From: a virus
Lineage: Duplodnaviria; Caudoviricetes
IMG/VR virus record: IMGVR_UViG_3300034137_000025
Coordinates: 1-60,847 of that record
Reading direction: 5' to 3' (one strand)
DNA: 60,847 bases
The translations under genes and the position numbers were made by a program. This document shows, piece after piece, positions 1 through 8,300 of this stretch. The notes below the pieces were generated by a model. The model saw nothing but the letters and a program-made list of their open reading frames with translations. It ran no database searches and was not told the DNA's origin. How positions within the stretch are numbered: the first letter of the stretch is position 1; each line of letters opens with the position of its first letter.

Positions 1-127
1 TAAATCGCAAAGTGGGAAAGAATGGAACTCGCGGGTTCGCGGATAATAAAGATATTCTCCTGCTCCAGAAGAAACTCTGAATCAGCTTTCAACTCAGGCA
101 GGCAGTGATAGCACATGTCCTTGTGAA
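1..127 (-). pseudogene. 3' part of the interrupted host gene (sulfotransferase-like, tentative); continues beyond the window
   Basis: Minus strand reads HKDMC-YHCLPELKADSEFLLEQENIFIIREPASSILSHFAI with no stop, in frame with the right flank. Confidence 0.7.
111..127. repeat. att core, left junction: GCACATGTCCTTGTGAA
   Basis: Identical to 60721-60737; flanks diverge on both sides. Confidence 0.92.
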
Positions 128-160
128 GGACACAAAGCTTATTTTTATTTTCATCATATT

Positions 161-259
161 AATCAATCGATTAGAGCAAAAAAGGCCAGCTAAAAGCCGG
201 CCTTTTCCGTATCTTCATGCCCCATTAAAATCAATTACTTACGGTAGCGTTTTGGGGAA
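161..259. promoter_or_regulatory. att arm: two IHF-consensus sites (161-173, 229-241) and an arm-type-like TTTTGGGGAA (250-259)
   Basis: AATCAATCGATTA and AATCAATTACTTA match WATCAANNNNTTR; TTGGGGA recurs at the right end. Confidence 0.6.
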
Positions 260-527
260 GCTTTCCCCCGCCCGTGCTCCAGACATAAGGGGGCGAGCGT
301 GATTCACGCTACAAATCATGCGCTAAATTTACAGTGTCAGAGACAGGACGACTCTGGCCGGCCATACCTGGGTACGATTTTCGATTATGGCTCAGGCTGG
401 ACGTCACTTCTGCACCGTAAATGCCGGATATCCTTCCACGATGCACTGCTAGACTTCAAGAAGACGGGCGGAATTGAAAAAGAAATTCCACCTTCCCACT
501 ATGTGCATTACCCATTTGGATCGAGAT

Positions 528-1061
528 ATGTCGACGATTGGCGCCAGGCTCAAACAGGAACGAACCCGCATAGGGCTCACACAGCAGGAACTGGGGCGGG
601 TCGGGGGCGTTGCAGCTAATGCTCAAGGCTTATATGAGAAAGGAAAAAGATCTCCACGCGCGGACTATTTGGCGAAGATATTAACCGCCGGTATTGATGT
701 CGTTTATGTTCTGACTGGGAAACCTGTGCCGCCAACGGGCAAACCCGGAGCGGACGGTATATCGGATTGGTTCGACACTATCTTCGAGACCTACTTCGAG
801 CAAACCGAACGGTTGGCTTCTCTTTCACAGGCAGGCAGCGAATGGGCGATTCGGCTTCATTCATTTTGTCAAAATCAGCTTGCGATTGTTGCGACTGTAA
901 AATATCTCACTACGGTTGCTGAAGTTCAGGGCTACGACGACATTCCAGAACGTGTCTCCTATTCTTTAGACGCACTCTTAAACAATGCTTTGATAGTCGC
1001 TGAGGCCATTGTTGACAACCAGGTAAAAGCGCTCGGTTCGCACCGGAATGCTTCTACCTGA
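528..1061 (+). CDS. XRE-family HTH regulator with C-terminal extension
   Basis: GARLKQERTRIGLTQQELGRVGGV...YEKGKRSPRADYL is an XRE HTH; start codon uncertain (474/501/528). Confidence 0.85.
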   Translation: MSTIGARLKQERTRIGLTQQELGRVGGVAANAQGLYEKGKRSPRADYLAKILTAGIDVVYVLTGKPVPPTGKPGADGISDWFDTIFETYFEQTERLASLSQAGSEWAIRLHSFCQNQLAIVATVKYLTTVAEVQGYDDIPERVSYSLDALLNNALIVAEAIVDNQVKALGSHRNAST

Positions 1062-1316
1062 GATGTAGTCCCCCGATTGGGGGCGGCTGCTGCAGTGCGT
1101 TAAATTCGATACAGTTTCTCCTCTGGCATGCTGGCGTCACCACCAAACCATTTATCCGCTCGACTTTCGCATCACTCCCATCCAGCTAATGTTTATCTGT
1201 CAGGGACAGGATGACCATGACTGGCCAGCCTCGGTCTGCTTCACACCCCCGCCGAGGCTGGTCATTAGGAATGCAGTCCGTCGCCTGACTTTGCTGCCAG
1301 GAACCCAACTCGATTA

Positions 1317-1332
1317 CTGTATATAACAACAG
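1317..1332. promoter_or_regulatory. LexA (SOS) box
   Basis: CTGTATATAACAACAG matches CTGT-N8-ACAG, 18 bp before the ATG at 1351. Confidence 0.85.
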
Positions 1333-1350
1333 CATATAGATTTTCGAAGC

Positions 1351-1803
1351 ATGCTCATCGACGACGAATCATTCGGGTGCCTTGGGGTTCCGACCTCGCT
1401 GGAAATGCTGAAACAGCAGTCTGAAATGCTCTGCGACGAGGTGGCCGACCTTAACGACAGGCTACGCCGAAGCCGAAGCAACGTCGCCGAGCTGATCGAG
1501 ATGAATCAGCAGTTGGCGGCCGACCGGGATGCTTTGCGGGTGAAGCTCACAGCAACTGAGGCCAGGGTGGTGGGATGCCTTTTGCAAGCTGGACAGAGCT
1601 GCAATCAGATATCCGGACTGAAGAGAATCGCGGAGCAGGTCGATATGTTTCGCAGCGCGCTTGCCGATGCGAAAGAACAGCTCCGCAAATACGAAGCCCC
1701 CGCCGCGAGAAAGCAGCACAGCACACTAGCCGCTGGTGATTGCCCAAAGAACAACAAGCACAACCCCGATCCATCCGGCAGCCAGGAGGGCCGGAAGCAT
1801 TGA
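1351..1803 (+). CDS. SOS-regulated coiled-coil hypothetical protein
   Basis: 150-aa ORF with heptad pattern and an upstream LexA box. Confidence 0.7.
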   Translation: MLIDDESFGCLGVPTSLEMLKQQSEMLCDEVADLNDRLRRSRSNVAELIEMNQQLAADRDALRVKLTATEARVVGCLLQAGQSCNQISGLKRIAEQVDMFRSALADAKEQLRKYEAPAARKQHSTLAAGDCPKNNKHNPDPSGSQEGRKH

Positions 1804-1825
1804 AACAAAGCGATCCATCAAAACC

Positions 1826-2149
1826 TCAGTCGCAATCCGACAGGGATGATGACAGGTGGCCTATCGCGCGTTGATCGCCAGTGTCTAGAGAGCGGTAGTG
1901 TTCAAGCACCGTCCGCTCTTCTTCATTGAGGCTGTCCGCAGCCGTAGGTGTGCGTTTGCCCAATACGACGTACAGGATATCGACGCCTCCTTTTGCGATA
2001 GCAGCCAAGTAGTCGGCTTTGGGTACACGCTTGCCGCTCTCATAGTGACTCTGCGCGTTCGCTTCAACCCCGCCTAATGCCGCGAATCCCTGCTGACTGA
2101 GACCCGTTTTCCCGCGCTCCTCTTTGAGCCGATCGCCCATGTGGTCCAT
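1826..2149 (-). CDS. XRE-family HTH regulator (paralog of 528-1061)
   Basis: MGDRLKEERGKTGLSQQGFAALGGVEANAQSHYESGKRVPKADYL. Confidence 0.85.
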   Translation of the reverse strand: MDHMGDRLKEERGKTGLSQQGFAALGGVEANAQSHYESGKRVPKADYLAAIAKGGVDILYVVLGKRTPTAADSLNEEERTVLEHYRSLDTGDQRAIGHLSSSLSDCD

Positions 2150-2255
2150 AGTGATTACTCCTCTTCCAATCTTCAACCATACGCCCATATCCTCCATATG
2201 AGTGGCTTTATCTAGGCGAAACACTCAAGCGCGATGAGCTGACGGTGGTCAGCGG

Positions 2256-2405
2256 CTTACGCCGGAGCGTGCCGAGGAAATTGCCAAGGAGTGCTGTAGG
2301 CCGGTAGATGACTTCGAGTGGTATCCGGTCGGAAAAGCGGTAGGCAATGTGAGGAATCAGGGGCCTGAGCTGATCCGCCCTTGGATGTGCCTGGCGCGTA
2401 ACTGA
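2256..2405 (+). pseudogene. C-terminal remnant of an SOS response-associated peptidase (SRAP/DUF159)
   Basis: Translates LTPERAEEIAKECCRPVDDFEWYPVGKAVGNVRNQGPELIRP, a typical SRAP C-terminus; the N-terminal MCGR part is absent. Confidence 0.7.
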
Positions 2406-2475
2406 ACGAACTCCCACCCACCTAATCACAACCTAGGAGCGGTAACGCACCACATGATCAGCAGTAGGTGCCGAA

Positions 2476-2682
2476 ATGAGTCGTAGTGAAAGTTTAATCA
2501 GATGGCACGAATTGTGGGCTATCAAAGGCTCAAAGATCACTTGTCGCAACTGCGGAAGCACGCAAGACGAGTACTACAGCGCAGAATGCTTTCGTCATGT
2601 AGCACCATGTACGACAGATCGCCTCAGCCTGTCGCCATGGGAGACGCTCGCTTTTATAGTGCGGCAACCGAGTCACGCATAA
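2476..2682 (+). CDS. Small hypothetical protein with CxxC and HxxxC motifs
   Basis: AGGTG RBS-like site; CRNC and HVAPC are possible Zn ligands. Confidence 0.5.
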   Translation: MSRSESLIRWHELWAIKGSKITCRNCGSTQDEYYSAECFRHVAPCTTDRLSLSPWETLAFIVRQPSHA

Positions 2683-2735
2683 CCAATAGCCGATGTTTAT
2701 CCTCCACACGCCTGAGCGGAGATATTCAGTGAGGA

Positions 2736-3326
2736 TCATTTATCTGCCTTGGTCACGGTTCCTGGCGCCACTGCGAAATCAGTGATGGCAGCATTCTGCT
2801 TCTGCGATTCCTTGGTCATGCCGAAATAGAAGCCAAGCGTCGCCTTCAGCTCGTTGAACCAGAAGCCGATAACGATGCCCGCTGTTACCGATGCGGCGGA
2901 ATCTTTCAAAATACCCTCGGCATACCCGCCGAATACCGCAATCAGAATGCCAAAGGCGCCCATGATCAAAAGAATGGTGATCGCTGGGCGAATGATGTCG
3001 CGCGGCTGCTGAGCGGCCAGATTGCGTGCGCTATCCCGATCACTGGCCTCAGCGGCGTATTGCGCAGCCTCAGCTTGCAACCGATTGTTCTCTGCACTCA
3101 CCGCCAGCTGCTGCAGCTGAACCTTGGCGTTGGCCTGCAACTCCTGAATCTTGACCAAGGCATCCGGGTTAGACGCCAGCGCAGCGTTTATCGCGTCCGG
3201 ATCATTCGTGACGCCCAGAGCGCTCGAAATCAATGCGCCGACGGCTGCGCCGGCAGGACCGCCGAGTAGCGTGCCGACCGTAGGCGCCGCTGCGCCGATC
3301 CCCTTACCGATGTCTGACCAATTCAT
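2736..3326 (-). CDS. Holin-like membrane protein (3TM/GTA-holin-like)
   Basis: Overlaps the endolysin stop; DRDSAR motif followed by two C-terminal hydrophobic helices and GFYFG. Confidence 0.6.
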   Translation of the reverse strand: MNWSDIGKGIGAAAPTVGTLLGGPAGAAVGALISSALGVTNDPDAINAALASNPDALVKIQELQANAKVQLQQLAVSAENNRLQAEAAQYAAEASDRDSARNLAAQQPRDIIRPAITILLIMGAFGILIAVFGGYAEGILKDSAASVTAGIVIGFWFNELKATLGFYFGMTKESQKQNAAITDFAVAPGTVTKADK

Positions 3327-3841
3327 GCGTCCACCGCCCCGTACTGAAGGTTGCCTGCTACCCGGTTGGTCCAGCCCTTGCCGTAGGTGGCAAAGGTCGT
3401 CAGCTTGGTGATGAACAGCAGGCGCTCGGCATTTAGCCGCATGATCACGTCAGTGACGGTCATCGCCTTGATTGCTGCGATTGTGAGCGCCCCTATCTGC
3501 CCGTCATCAGCCACGCCCGCCGCGCGCTGCAACATACGAACCGCGTTACCGTTGCCGTTGTTCACGGCAATGTCGAACAACTGGTAGGCAATCGCTGCGT
3601 CGTACTGGTCGGCCTTGGCGCGATCCCAGAAGTCTCGCTTATAAATAGCCTTTGCCTGGTCGACCGTCAGGCTCTTGATGTCCAGGTCCGGATAGCTCAT
3701 CGCCGAGATGCCGAACTTGGTCCCTTTCAGTTCACCCTGGCCAATGATGCCAGTGGTCCAGTTGCCACGGTCCTTCGGGTCGGCGCCGAATCCGCCTTCG
3801 TGCCCCACCACTCTTTCAAATGCCAAATCGAATCCGGTCAT
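3323..3841 (-). CDS. Endolysin, glycoside hydrolase family 108 with peptidoglycan-binding domain
   Basis: HEGG..DPKDRG, TKFGIS, LQRAAGVADDGQIG, YGKGWTNRV. Confidence 0.92.
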   Translation of the reverse strand: MTGFDLAFERVVGHEGGFGADPKDRGNWTTGIIGQGELKGTKFGISAMSYPDLDIKSLTVDQAKAIYKRDFWDRAKADQYDAAIAYQLFDIAVNNGNGNAVRMLQRAAGVADDGQIGALTIAAIKAMTVTDVIMRLNAERLLFITKLTTFATYGKGWTNRVAGNLQYGAVDA

Positions 3842-3848
3842 ACTTTTC

Positions 3849-4085
3849 TCCAGGCGAAAAAAAACCGCTCAAGGCGGCCGGGATAGCTGAAATTTGTATC
3901 GATGCGCGAACTGGTATCGCTAGCACCCTAATAGGTAGCGTGCTATCGTTAATTCACATTCCGCCATGTTGAGATGCTTGAGGAATGAGAAGCCCTGACG
4001 TCCACGAACCGTCGGGGCTTTGTTTTTTTCAGTGTCCAGGCGAAAAAATACCCGCACTCGGCGGGCTGGATAGCTGAAATTTGTA
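3849..4085. repeat. ~50-bp imperfect direct repeats (3849-3898, 4035-4085), each containing a terminator hairpin
   Basis: Both begin TCCAGGCGAAAAAA and end GGATAGCTGAAATTTGTA. Confidence 0.8.
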
Positions 4086-4094
4086 GTCGTTGAA

Positions 4095-4325
4095 TCAGGC
4101 CGGCGGCGTTTCGGTTTCCGGCTCAGCAACCACCTCAGGCACCGCCTTAACGGTCACGGTGACCTTGGCGCTGTAGGTGTTGAGCAGCTGCGCGGTGCGG
4201 ATGACAGCCTGGGGCTGGTTGGCCATGATTTCGCGGGCCTTGGCATCAGCCAGGGCTTCCGTTGCGAATTCAACCTGGTTGCTTGGATCGAAGGCATTGC
4301 TGGAATTGATAACGATAAAAGGCAT
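4095..4325 (-). CDS. Small phage hypothetical protein
   Basis: GGAG RBS; co-oriented with the tail operon. Confidence 0.7.
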   Translation of the reverse strand: MPFIVINSSNAFDPSNQVEFATEALADAKAREIMANQPQAVIRTAQLLNTYSAKVTVTVKAVPEVVAEPETETPPA

Positions 4326-4373
4326 GGTGAATCTCCACTGGGGTTGATAAAGAAAGGATGTATCTAAAACGTT

Positions 4374-5051
4374 TTATCCTTCCATCTTTGCAAACAAGGC
4401 TGGAAGGTTGAAAGCAAAAGGGTTACTTGATCCGGTAGCTGTTGCGTAAAGCTTGCTCGCATTGAAATCCCAAACACAGCCGAGAGTTCTGCCTGGGTTA
4501 TTGGCTGCGACCATGTTCATTGAAAAGCTATTGATCAGAAGGTATTCATTTGTCGGAAAGTTGAATGGAACGGAGTAGAAGTTCGTGGAACCGATATCCA
4601 GAGCTTGGTTGAACTCATACGTCCACCCTTGAAATGCGCGAGTGAAGGTTGCACATGGAGTTCCACTGTCGAATATAACGCCGCCAGCAGCGTTAAACAG
4701 TCTCATGCCAAAGTGAGCAACAGCCGTCGAGCCAAACGCAGCAGCAAACCATCGGCCGTTCGGCCTCAGGTAATTGACGCTCCGCGTTCGAATCTGGAAC
4801 CCGGTCCAGTTGCCCGGAGAGCCATAGATCATGACGCCCGATATGGCTGAGCTTCCGGCCTCAGTATTTGGCCTGGCGAAGACCAGTGGCGGTTCCTGGC
4901 TGGTGATCGCGGCGGCAAACGTTACGATAGCAGTAAGATTGCCCTCCGCATTCGGTGAGTAGGTGCCAGATTGCAGCACCGTCAGCCGGGCCAGTTCAGA
5001 GTCAATCGTCACTACGTTGCTGTTGTTCATGAACCTAAGGCCAAAAGTCAT
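4374..5051 (-). CDS. Tail-tip associated protein
   Basis: FGLR.. and FGMRLFNAAGGVIFDS motifs are typical of proteins following J. Confidence 0.75.
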   Translation of the reverse strand: MTFGLRFMNNSNVVTIDSELARLTVLQSGTYSPNAEGNLTAIVTFAAAITSQEPPLVFARPNTEAGSSAISGVMIYGSPGNWTGFQIRTRSVNYLRPNGRWFAAAFGSTAVAHFGMRLFNAAGGVIFDSGTPCATFTRAFQGWTYEFNQALDIGSTNFYSVPFNFPTNEYLLINSFSMNMVAANNPGRTLGCVWDFNASKLYATATGSSNPFAFNLPALFAKMEG

Positions 5052-5392
5052 GCAAACCTCACGACGATAAGACGCATGGACCCGGCAGTCGCGGCCCACG
5101 CTCCGGCTGGGAATCCGCGATTGTAGTTATAGACTCGTGCAACTCCGTCCAGCATTTGCGCCTCAAACTGAGTAGCTGTCGAACTGTAAGATCCAACTGG
5201 TAGCAACAGTGCAGTGGCATTTCCGGCGTTACCATCTACAGCCCACTGTTTGTACCCAGATCCCGAAAAGGCTCCGTCTGCCGTCCATCCTACGTTGTCG
5301 ACCAATACGGACAGTATTGCCCGTATCGTGAAGGAGTTTTCATTGATCTGGAGGGCGCCATTGGCACCGTAAGTTCTGAGCCCGAATGCCAT
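5048..5392 (-). CDS. Tail-tip associated protein
   Basis: MAFGLRTYGANG start; coupled to the J stop and the next gene. Confidence 0.75.
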   Translation of the reverse strand: MAFGLRTYGANGALQINENSFTIRAILSVLVDNVGWTADGAFSGSGYKQWAVDGNAGNATALLLPVGSYSSTATQFEAQMLDGVARVYNYNRGFPAGAWAATAGSMRLIVVRFA

Positions 5393-8300
5393 TATCCAAG
5401 ATTCCCCAACTGTACGCGCAGAACGCCGTTCTGGTCATAAACGTTCATGCCGTTTCCGTTAATCAATACCCTTCCCGCACCGGGTATCGTGCTGTTTATC
5501 TCGAAGATGCCGTCTTTACGAAGTACCCAGCCAGACTGGTTAGCTACATAGTTACTCGAATATATTTGATCTCCAATTTTCGCATTGGTGATCGATGCGT
5601 CTCGAATAAATGCATCCGCAATAAAAGTCTGGCTGCCCTGCACTGCAAACGGAGATACTGCAGCTGCGCCAGAGACGTTGACTATGGCGAATCGGTCGGC
5701 AGCCACAATGAACTGGCTTTGAAATACACCGTTGTTATTCTCTAGGCCAAGCCCGTAGCCTGTCGCGTAGTACTGCCCCCCAGCTGTCACCGCCAATTTA
5801 ACGCTATACATCGCCGACGCCTTTCCGCTGACATCCGCTGCAGTGCTCATGGCTGTTTGTGCATTAGCGGCGGCTGTTCCTGCTGTTGCTTGCACGCCAC
5901 TAATCTGGGTTGCCAAGGAGCTGTCAGCATTGGCGCGCGTCGTCGCTTCAGACTGAATAGCTGCCTGAACGGTGCCAACGGTAGACGATAGCGTGTCAAT
6001 GCGGGTCGATTGCGCCGTGATGGCCGTACCCTGCTGCGTGACGGTGGCCTGGGTCGAGGACAGAGCCAGCGCCGAGGCGGATGGCGACTTGCTGCCAATC
6101 GAGATGTACGCCATGTCAAACGTGCCGGCGGTGTCGCCGCTGTTCACCACGTCCAGCCGGATTGCGGTGTTGGTCTTACCCACCCAGGCGGCATTGGCCG
6201 AAAGGTCAATCTCGACGGTCTGCCAATCGGTGGTCGTGATGTCGATGGGGAACGATCCGGTGCGCGCCTCAGCAAGACCGCCGTCCTGATTGGCCCAGTA
6301 GATGCGCCCACTGCCGCGAGTGGTACCCGAACGCTTGAAGCGCATGCGCAGGTATGGGTAAAGCGTCCCGTTGGCGTCAATCCCAATGCTTTTGAAGAAC
6401 TGCCCTGCGCCAGTCATCCGCGCAAACGTAGGGTTGGCGACCAGTGTCGGGCTTCCCGCCTGTACCGATGCAGTCCAGCCGTACAGGTTGCTCAGGAACT
6501 CCCAAGAGGCGGTCGACGCCGAGAACGGAGACGACTCGCCGGTAATGCTGGCTTTCAACGCTGTCAGGCTGGACGCCTGCGAGGTGTTCACGCCCTCGGC
6601 GTTCGTGACCCGCGTTGTCAGCGCGTTGAGCGCCGTAGTCGTGGCCTTGGTCGCCAGTCCGTCAGTGACGCTGTTGACGGTGCTGCTTAGGTCGGTGACT
6701 TGTGAAGACAGGGATGTAAGCGTCGTACCCTGCTGCGTGACGGTTGAGGTCAGCGCGGCAGTGGCGGCAGACTGGGCGTTATCGCCAAGCAGCACAGACG
6801 GTGCATAGGCTGTCGCAACAGCGCCTTCCTGGAGCTGGACATTATCGAACTCGATCCACATATCAGCGGCTGCGCCTGACCGGTTGATAAGTCGTGCGGG
6901 GAAAATCTGCGTCCTAACGGCGGTGGCCGGTGCGGTGGCAGTGAATTGCATCCTCGTAAAGGTTGTCGACCCGATGGCGACCTCTGGAAGCTGTGCAGTA
7001 GACAGTAGAGTGCTGGCTGCGTCGAGCCACTGGATGTACATCGTAAAGCGAGCGGACGGACTTGATACTCGGGCATAGGTACTAAGGGTGTATGTCTTGC
7101 CCCCCTCTACTTTGGGCCTTTCTCCATCAGCGATGTTATAGGTCATGCCGATATACCCGCCATTAGCGAGCCCGGCGTAAGAATTCCGCACGGCTTTGTT
7201 GCTCAGCGCTAAAGGCGAGTCTACTAGGCTGACCGAGATAGTCGCCCCGGCTGACCCATCGGTGCGCCACCAAAGCGGGCGGGTGCCGTCAGACGAAAGC
7301 TGCTCAAACGAACTGTTTGGCAGCAGGTTGTCGCCGCCTGCGCCCGCTAGGTTATTGGTCAGCGTGACGATATTCGCGCTGGCGCTGGTCAGGCCTGTCT
7401 CGGTCTGAGTCACACGCGCGGTCAGAGCGGTAGTTGCCGCAGCTCCAGCCGTTATGGCGTCATCGGTCAGACCGTTGTTGTCTTTCCAGCCTGACACCAC
7501 AGGGCTGAGTTCGAACTGGGCGCGATCCCACTCGGCAAAGCCGGTGATGGACGTCCCGCTGACAGGGCCGCGAACTCGATACAAAAGACGAACTGAGACC
7601 GCGCCATCGGGCACTGCTGCGCTGGTGCGCGACAGGCGCTGCCAGTCCGCTGTCAGGTTGACCGACGTTGCGCCATCCGAGGAGATGATCGTTCCAGCTG
7701 CGCTTTTCCATTGAAAATATAGCTGGGAGATCATGCCGACCGTGCCGCGCACATACGCAGACATCGTGACAATTTGCCCTGGCGAAACTTTAGGCTCCTG
7801 TGCACCTCCCGTCGAAAGATCCATATAGATCGATGCGTTAGGAATCGTCAGGTCAAGCCTTTGAGCCTTGCCAGCAGGATCAAGCGTTGACGTTACCTGC
7901 GACACTGAGACGGTCGCCAGCCCATTCAATGCCCAGCCGTCAGCCATACCGCTTGTTGCGCGCTCAAATGACGGGTTGAACAGCATGTTCTCCCCGCCGA
8001 CGCTACCGAGGTTGGCTGTTACATTCGTCAACGCCTGGCCTTGCGCCGTGATGTCGGTCCCTTGCTGCGTGACGGTATTGCTCAGCGCTTGAACCGTCGA
8101 GGCGTCGGCTTTTCCCGGCAGTGCGTTGGTCAGGCCGGTAATGGCCGTCCCGTGACTGGTGAGCGTTCCCTCGGCAACGGTCACCCGACTCCCGATGCTC
8201 TGGACGACACTTGATTCGGCCTTGCCGTCGAGCGCTGTCTGGACGCCGGTAATCTGGTTGGCCTGGGCCGTATTGACGCCTTCAATGGACGTGATTTTCG

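Noticed and set aside
105-619. ORFs 105-302 and 299-619
   Set aside because: They span att arm sites and the XRE start; no coding signals
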